From: Macrostomum lignano
Taxonomy: Eukaryota
Direction: 5' to 3'
DNA: 64,000 nucleotides
Assembly (NCBI GenBank): GCA_002269645.1
Contig: NIVC01002455.1
Span: forward strand, 62,001-126,000
Positions 56,301 through 64,000 of the stretch are shown here, piece by piece (within the stretch, counting starts at the first letter, position 1; each line of letters starts with the position of its first letter). Made by a program: the position numbers and the translations under genes. The notes below the pieces were generated by a model. It saw only the letters and a program-made list of their open reading frames with translations. It did no database searches and had not been told where the DNA came from.

Positions 56301-59300
56301 GCCTACGACCGCGATTTAAATAATAGCGTCAGTTTGAGCATAGTTAGCGGCAATGCCGATGGCCTGTTTCAATTGCATCCGGTTAGTGGACTGCTCACCC
56401 TGGCCAGGCCGGAACTGCTTCGGGAGCACTATTATTTCCTAGTTATTAGCGCTACGGATTCCGTGCACGTGTCTTTGACTAATATTTCTATCAATGCCAG
56501 GTAAGTTTTGTTATATTATTTTCTATTTTCTAACCACTATGATATGTAAAATGTTTTGTGTCAGTGCCATTTGGCAATGCCAGTTTCAGTGCCATTTGGC
56601 AGCGCCATTAGTCATCCGGGGTCTAAATTAGGGATGTCGTAGCATGGCACACTTTAAGACACAGCAAAGTCTAAGCTATGACCAAGTGCACAGTGTTATC
56701 TATAAGCAGTGCAATTTTTATCAATATTTTATATACTATTAAGATAAAAAACATCAAAGCCTGCATTTAACATTCCGCGTCGGTCCCGCTTGTTAAGAAA
56801 AAAATTACAGACAGACAGACAGAATGAACAAACAACAAGCTTGTAGTTTGTGATACAATTTCGCAAATAACTGATAAGCGCTGCTATATTATAGAAATAG
56901 ACAGTTCTCTTTAAGTGACTCTGTGTTCACCTCTGCCGTTTCCAAGCTGTTATGCAGCTCGATTTCATATTTTTGTTACTGGCTATACCCGTCTAGGTCG
57001 GTGTTCGAGCCTGTCTGGTGCCTCACACCGTCTTTCCCTACTCCTATCTAACTCAACATTTGACTTGCTCAGTCTGTAAGCCGCTTTATCTACTCTCTAT
57101 GTTAGATAAATATGGAGCTGACTGAAGATTTTCATGCTCGATAGATAAAGCCTGTCGGCAGTGGGTGTGTGTTGCTTTAATTTTTCCTCTGCCCCCTGGT
57201 TTCCGTTCATTTTCGGTGCACTGTTCTTAGTGTGCTAGTTCTTGATATTCTCTCTGTGTGTTATTATGAATATGTATCCTTGTGTTTAGGGACGCCAAAA
57301 ATAAAATCAGATGTGAAGCTTTGGGGTGTGCCATGTTTTAGACCGTCGAAGTTCACTTAGCACCCTGAAAATCGCCTTTAAACAGTCCTTGGAGAATCGC
57401 CCCTAAACCGCTCATAAACCGCCCCTTACGAATCGCCCCCCAAACCGCCCTAAATCGCCCTTAGATAATCGCCTTTAAACCGGCCTTGCAGAATCGCCCC
57501 TAAACCAGCCTTGCAGAATCGCCCCCTACGAATTGCCCCCAAACCGCCCCCAAACCGCCCCCAAACCGCCCCTTACAAATCGCCTCCAAACCGCCCCCCC
57601 CAAACCGCCCCTAAACCGCCCCTTACGAATCGCCTCCAAACCGCCCCCCCCAAACCGCCGCTAAACCGCCCCTTACGAATCGCCTCTAAACCGCCCCCCA
57701 AACCGCCCCCCAAACCGCCCCTAAACCGCCCCTTACGAATCGCCTCCAAACCGCCCCCCAAACCGCCGCTAAACCGCCCCTTACGAATCGCCTCTAAACC
57801 GCCCCCCAAACCGCCCCTAAACCGCCCCTTACGAATCGCCTCTAAACCGCCCCTAAACCGCCTTTAGAGAATCGCCCCTAAACTGGCCCTCAACCGCCCT
57901 TTGAGAATTGCTCCTAAAACACCCTGAAAATCGCCGCTAACCCGCGTTAAGAATCGTCCCTTAACCTTAAAAGTATCGAGCTGTAAGAGTCCTAGTTAAA
58001 TTTTTTGTAACGAATAATAGCCATTTCGTACCCATTAAGCTTAATTCTTAATTTGTCCTCTAATTCCTCGAATGTCTGCAGGCAGCGCACCGCCAATCTC
58101 CAACTGCTGCCAGCTAATCTGACTGTCCACGTCCAAGAGAACTCGGCCGAGGTGACCACCTTGGCCAAATTCCGGCCCTACCCGGCTCCGCTGAACTATC
58201 CATACAGATTCAGCCTGATCTCACCTAGCGAGTATTTCAGCGTTAACTCTATTACTGGCGTCCTGGCCACGACTGGCCGACCTATGGACGCGGAGCAGGC
58301 TAGGCGGCACGTTCTGCTGGTGAGAGTCTGTGCTTGGGAAGGGATGCTTCATTTACAGTTCACTGTCAAATATAAGAGATAGATCATGGACCTCCAGGTT
58401 ACAGGCTGGTCAGCGTTGCAGAATGACCGGTGTTAAGTACTAATTTATAGGAAAAAACTCGGTTATCCCCTGCAGTTATCCCCTGTCACAGACAGACAGA
58501 CCAGTACAATCCCTGTTACAGTCGATTATCCCCAGTTACAGGCAATTATCCACAGTTACAGTTAATTATCCCCAGTTACAGGCAATTGTCCCCTAGTTAC
58601 AGTCAATTATTCCCTAGTTACAGGCAATTATTCCCTGTTACAGGCAATTATCCCCTAGTTACAGGAAATTATCCCCTAGTTACAGGCAATTATCCCCCAG
58701 TTACAGGCAACTATCCCCTAGTTACAGGCAATTATCCCCTAGTTACAGACAATTGTCCCCCAGTTACAGGCAATTATCCCCCAGTTACAGGCAATTATCC
58801 CCCAGTTACAGGCAATTATCCCCCAGTTACAGGCAATTATCCCTCAGTTACAGGCAATTATCCCCTGTTACAGGCACTCATCCCCTAGTTATACAGGCAA
58901 TTATCCCCTAGTTACAATCAATTATCCCCTAGTTACAGGCAATTATCCCCCAGTTACAGGCAATTATCCCCCAGTTACAGGCAATTATCCCCCAGTTACA
59001 GGCAATTATCCCCTGTTACAGGCACTCATCCCCTAGTTATACAGGCAATTATTCCCTATTTACAATCAATTATCTTCTAGTTACAGACAATTATCCCCCA
59101 GTTACAGGCAATTATCCCCCAGTTACAGGCAATTATCCCCCAGTTACAGGCAATTATCCCCTGTTACAGGCACTCATCCCCTAGTTATACAGGCAATTAT
59201 TCCCCATTTACAATCAATTATCCCCTGTTACAGGCACTCATCCCCTAGTTATACAGGCAATTATTCCCCATTTACAATCAATTATCCCCTGTCACCCCAC

Positions 59301-59856
59301 ACCAACCCCGTCCCCCAGATTCGCGCCACAGCGGAGTCCAAGCTGGGTTTCGCCCAGGTGACAGTGCAGGTAGACGACACGAACGACAATCGGCCAGTGT
59401 TTGTGAACCGGCCCTACAACTCTATCATGTTCGCTGGTCAGCCACTTGGCAGCGTGGCGCTAATCGCGCGCGCTATCGACGCCGATTCGGGCGCCAACGG
59501 ATTGGTGCGATACGAGTTGCGCAATCATCATTCGGAATTCTGGATTAACGCCACAGGCGGCCAGGTGTACACCAGGAAGATTATTGAACAGCCGGCCGTG
59601 TTCACATTGGAACTTCGGGCTATCGATGCTGGATCGCCAATTCAACAGTTCAGCACGGTGGCGGCCACAGTCCAGGTAGTAGCTAATAACACCCCTGTGT
59701 TTCCCAACGGCTCAGTCACCGTGTCAGTTAGCGAGTCGCTCCGGCCCAACTCTGAGATTTTCACTGTGCAAGCCGAGGCGCCCGGCTCTGCCACGCTAAT
59801 CTATACTATTGAGAGCGGCAATGTTGGCGAAATGTTCTCGTTGGATTTTCAAACTG
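31808..59856 (+). CDS. FAT-like: Fat-like giant cadherin (FAT1/2/3, Drosophila Fat2/Kugelei type); 3' end outside the window
   Basis: Exons: 31808-35153, 37777-38121, 38309-38524, 38838-39287, 40306-40442, 43224-43827, 54891-55513, 56007-56500, 58082-58319, 59319-59856. All are GT-AG with compatible phases; 6991 nt, about 2330 aa. Signal peptide, many cadherin motifs (LDRE, DxNDNxP, AxDxD), and an N-terminus (FSQQHYNATV...FLRLRT) that resembles FAT1/3. Confidence 0.93.
39353..39983. repeat. 24-bp minisatellite (CTATCCCATATTCCAAAGCATAGT), about 26 copies
   Basis: Directly visible in Fat intron 4. Explains ORF 39282-39971. Confidence 0.98.
40548..41008. repeat. 48-bp minisatellite, about 9.6 copies
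   Basis: Unit CACCTGAG[CG]CACTGATA[GA]TGTCCCAC[AT]GAA[AG]GCATTGATAACCTTTAA. The 16-aa periodicity of ORF 40470-41051 confirms the period. Confidence 0.97.
41793..41895. repeat. (CAGA)n microsatellite
   Basis: Directly visible in Fat intron 5. Confidence 0.9.
42752..43085. repeat. Imperfect ~30-bp minisatellite (ATGAGGATCT...GGGATTTTGAGTCCCTACA)
   Basis: About ten diverged units just upstream of Fat exon 6. Confidence 0.85.
43960..44905. repeat. 27/28-bp minisatellite with alternating higher-order units
   Basis: AAATTTCCCTAGGAAAAAATCGCC[CT]CT alternates with AAATTCCCTT[AG]GGAAATAATCG[AG]CTTT. Confidence 0.95.
45913..46030 (+). mobile_element. SINE family B, 5' fragment
   Basis: AGCTCAGTGG...GGTTCGATTTC head and TTTGGGCCTCGTGCGCACTAAAATTGGCGCC match the start of family B. 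Confidence 0.65.
46040..46207 (-). mobile_element. Partial copy of the hAT-type MITE
   Basis: CT-rich interior, then CTATCTGGCCCTTAAAGTAAAAAGTTTACCAACCCGTG, matching the reverse complement of 48368-48420. Confidence 0.65.
47290..47890. repeat. TCTG/TCTA-derived compound repeat (TCTGTCTGTTCTATCTGTG)
   Basis: Directly visible in Fat intron 6. Confidence 0.93.
48368..48564 (+). mobile_element. 197-bp hAT (Charlie-like) MITE
   Basis: TIRs TAGGGGCCGGCAAACT and AGTTTGCCGTCCCCTG match 14/16. Flanks GTCTACAC and GTCGACAT are a 6/8 match (degraded 8-bp TSD). Confidence 0.78.
49900..50352 (-). mobile_element. Degenerate L2/CR1-like LINE fragment (RT C-terminus)
   Basis: LKLLSIIFS...KVNQACSRLLYIRQVKR and, further on, LL*RAFVS resemble KLLGVxFS...KAxxRLYxLRxLK...LLYRAFV. 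Contains stops and frameshifts. Confidence 0.5.
53275..54658. repeat. 24-bp CAGA-derived minisatellite (CAGACAGACACTAAGACACTAAT[AG]), about 1.4 kb
   Basis: Directly visible upstream of Fat exon 7; QTDTKTLI periodicity in the ORF track. Confidence 0.97.
55548..55922. repeat. 32-33 bp minisatellite carrying the palindrome GTCACGTGAC
   Basis: About 12 units of GTCACGTGACCGATTGAAGG(G)TTGCTAGATGGA in Fat intron 7. Confidence 0.95.
57365..57965. repeat. C-rich compound minisatellite (AAACCGCCCC / GAATCGCC)
   Basis: Directly visible in Fat intron 8. The minus strand has many G3+ runs. Confidence 0.93.
58462..59291. repeat. 21-bp minisatellite (CAGTTACAGGCAATTATCCCC)
   Basis: Directly visible; fills most of Fat intron 9 up to the acceptor region. 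Confidence 0.96.
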
Positions 59857-61698
59857 GTGAGCGCTATAATTGTTTTACTGTTTACTGTATATAGTACATG
59901 CTTAAACCTACCTGTGTCTCTGTGTGTTGTCCGCATTACTTTGGCTCTCTCTCTCTATCACTCTGTCTATTAGGTAAGTATATCCGCTCCGATGCTATGT
60001 AATAATAGTTTAGCTAAGCTTAGGCCACACAAGAGTTTAACATCACTGACAACAGCGACTCCTTGGACACTCTTACTTGGTAAACACTGCTCTGGCTGAA
60101 CTATAAAAGCAGCAAGCAGCAGCCTTTTGAGTTGTCCGCTTTTGTGCAAATATATGTGTATATGTATGGATGTATGTATGTATTGGTAAATATTGTATGC
60201 CTTGCTCTATATTAAAACTGCTAATCTGTGTGCGTGTGTGCGTTTGTTATTCACCGGTGCGGGGCACTATTTGACCTGCGGCTTGGCTCTGACGTTGTGT
60301 GCAGTTTTTTTGCGTTTGTGTGTGTGTGCGCGTCTTAAAACCTATCAGCTAATCTCTTCTCTGGCAATAGCTTAGTCTGTGTGCAATAGTAGCAGCTTAT
60401 ATAATATAGTTTATTAGTATTATCTCTGTATTTGCGTAGGCGGCTCGTCTGTTTCTTTACAATTACAAGCGCAATTTTTTACTCTATGTTGGTAGAATAG
60501 AAACCAACTTGACATTGATTGAAGAAACCCGTTGAAAATGTTACTTTGGCAAGAATCGCGAAAGAGTCTTTGCAAACAACTCACTAGTGACTCTAGCGAC
60601 TCCCTGTGACTTTTTAACGACTTAACGAGTTAAGCGCCAACACAGCGTCCAAGAGTCGTTGTGTGTTGGCGCTTAGCTTTCTAAAAACAACTTGATTAGA
60701 CTAAACAGAGCTTTTATAAATGCGAAATGCGATTCTAATTCATAAATTGACGCATGAATAGTATAGCATGAACTTTTTATTATTAGTGCTTGCCATTACG
60801 TTTTGCATTTTAAAAGGAGATCTGTTTAAACAAAAAAACTGCATGCGCTCTGGCTGCCAAACCCCTCAGTTCGAACGCTTAGCGCGGCATCTTCATATTT
60901 AGCATCGTTGCATTAATATTTACAATACTAGCTAATTATTTTACTACTTTATCATCAATTTTTGTTTAATTTTCGCAGCGCCGTCGAGAAATGCAACGCC
61001 GAATTTTGGTAGGCCGTCCCCATCGATAATTTTGCTCTCTATTTATATTTTACTAGACACAAAAACCGAACCCACATCTTTGAAACACATCTCTGCCTGG
61101 TGCTGCTATGCTTTTCATTTTGAGCATTTCTTTGCGGTTGTTGTATCCACTCTCTGGTCTATCACTCTTTAGCCTGCATCTATTGCATTGAGCTTCTTCT
61201 GTCTCTTATTCATTTTTACACCGGTTTCTCGAGAGCACTCACGTATGTGTTTATAAAGAATTGTGTTTAGCAGGTGTTGCTATGGAGCTCAACTACTGTC
61301 TGTCGGCATTTTTCTGTGATGTCGAAAACAACCCTATTGTAGAATTTCATTTTTTGTGGACAAGTTTTATTTTTTTATTTCATTTATTAGACTTTTTCTT
61401 CATTTTTTTATAAGCATTAACAAAAATTGAATTTTATTACCCTTCAGCGAGCCCAATTCTTCAAAACCTGTTTAGACCTACCTTTGCCATTGATACGCTT
61501 GCCTTAGTTAATGTTTAGCGAAATGGCTGCTGCATTTTGGTGAATTACTCTATAGTAGATTTTGCATTTTTACACCCACCCTTTGTCATGGTAATTTGCA
61601 ATTTGATTGGAGCATTCCTGATCCCAACTCTGCCACTGGTGACGCAACACTTGCATAGTATCGTAGCTTATACCCATTGGCCCAGCTCCTCCTGCCAT

Positions 61699-62362
<664 letters not shown>

Positions 62363-63309
62363 TAATATGTCAATCTCTGCCTCTTCGCTTCAGCCAATTT
62401 CTGATGGTAAAATTTAGTATTGAAAAAGCGAAAAGCACTGCCGCCCTCTCTATCCCGCATGAATCTGCATGTCTAACTGTGCCTAGATCCGTATTGCTTT
62501 GCCAAATACTGCAAAATGCATTATGTATTGTATTTTTTCTAATTGAATTCCTGTCTAACTGCGACAGACTACAACAGTCGAGGGCCTTGTAAGTACCATA
62601 TTTGTAGATTCGGATCATCTGTGATTTTTTATCAGCACAATCAATCAATAATCGGCCGCAAATTTATCAAGCTTTCGCTTCTGCGAATATTCAATTTTTA
62701 TTGATTGATTTTTTTTTACAGAAAATAACTAAGAAATAGAATAATATTGTCTGATATCGTTGACTTCTGGTTAAGGGATTCTAGGGAGGTGGGGGCTACC
62801 AAGAAACCTTGAATTGTTGCATTTTGTCCAACCATTTCAAAGCGCTGCAGGTCAGTGCAGAGAAATTTATTCATATGGATAATTTCTTTTTCTTGTCTTG
62901 CCTTGACTTGATACAGTTTAGCCAGAGAGAGTGTGTATACAAGTGCGCAAGGCCGTCCCCTATGCCATATTCGCACCAGGGTATCGGTTTGTTGGGCACG
63001 ACTTGCGGCTAGCTTTGGCGGAAACTTTCTTCTTGTTAGTCTGTTCTGGTCTATTTGCTATCATTTATCCTCATGTGCAGGCGGTCAAGATAGTCATCTG
63101 CAATATGGAATCATGATTTTTCTTTCTCCATATTTCAGTGCACAATACAACTGCTTAAAATATCCTAGTTTAATGTATTCAACGCGTCATTAATCTGCTT
63201 GCGCAATGGTTTTCTGCTTGATTGCTTGCTTGTTACTAGAAAAATATTATAGCATTTTTTTCAAACGTAGGCTGCTCCTTTGAAAAGTTAATGTCCCATT
63301 TTTCAATTT

Positions 63310-63700
63310 TGTGGCGCCCTATTAGTTCTATTGTGGCGTCTTTGTTAGCACTATTTTGGCGCCCTATTAGTTCTATTGTGGCGTCTTTGTTAGCACTATT
63401 TTGGCGCCCTATTAGTTCTATTGTGGCGTCTTTGTTAGCACTATTTTGGCGCCCTATTAGTTCTATTGTGGCGCCCTATTAGTTCTATTGTGGCGTCTTT
63501 GTTAGCACTATTTTGGCGCCCTATTAGTTCTATTGTGGCGCCCTATTAGTTCTATTGTGGCGCCTCTAATAGGTCTATTGTGGTGCCCTTGTTAGGTCTA
63601 TTGTGGCTCTCTTATTAGGTATATTTTGGTACCCTTAATATGTATTTTGTGGTGCCATTATTAGGTCCATTGTGGCGCCCTTATTACGTCTTATTTGGTT
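63310..63700. repeat. ~22-bp GGCGCCCTATTAGTTCTATTGT minisatellite with higher-order variants
   Basis: Directly visible; decays towards 63700. Confidence 0.9.
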
Positions 63701-64000
63701 GCCCAATAGATCATTAAAATGCTGCCATTTGTAATGCACTGCACTTTATGCCGAATGTAAAAGTTTGCAAATCACGGATATGAGGTCAAATGTGGTCACG
63801 GTATGCAATTAGTTGGTTAGTCGATGGTAAGGCGACACCAAGGCCAGAGAGATTGGTTAGGAGTGTATTATTTTCCGTCTGGACTAAAGGTGTTATCCTG
63901 GCAGCCAGCATTGGATGCTGGGGACAGCATCGGATTTAGTCTTCAGTTCGCCAGTTCAGCTTTTTTTGTTTAGTTGCCAGGTGCCAAGTTTCTGGTATAG

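Noticed and set aside
39353-59291. 24-48 bp tandem arrays as CRISPR arrays
   Set aside because: Units are head-to-tail with no unique spacers, there are no cas genes, and the context is eukaryotic introns.

Overview
This is animal genomic DNA, not prokaryotic: it has spliceosomal GT-AG introns, SINEs/LINEs, very long simple repeats and one assembly gap. The repeat-packed introns suggest a free-living flatworm such as Macrostomum, but that is inference only. I read five genes by hand. (1,2) Two tandem, intronless paralogues (1-2130, cut by the window edge; 6593-9106, three frameshifts) encode type I membrane proteins with two Ig-like domains and an L1/neuroglian-like cytoplasmic tail. (3) The 5' part of a class C GPCR (mGluR/CaSR-type Venus-flytrap domain) on the minus strand (12021 to 9995) is frameshifted and runs into the N gap. 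(4) A complete 14-exon minus-strand gene (28901 to 18493, 974 aa) has three tandem GAPR-1/GLIPR2-type CAP domains. (5) A Fat-like giant cadherin on the plus strand (31808 to beyond the window; 10 exons, about 2330 aa visible) lies head-to-head with gene 4. Between these are two tRNA-headed SINE families, a 5'-truncated RTE with a target-site duplication, a degenerate L2/CR1-like fragment, a hAT-type MITE family, a 5.7 kb (CTAA)n array and many distinct minisatellites. There is no CRISPR array, rRNA or credible functional tRNA. The best novelty candidates are the triple-CAP protein built from symmetric exon modules, the Ig family with an L1-like tail, minisatellites seeded from SINE and MITE sequence, and inverted intronic repeats around in-frame exon blocks.
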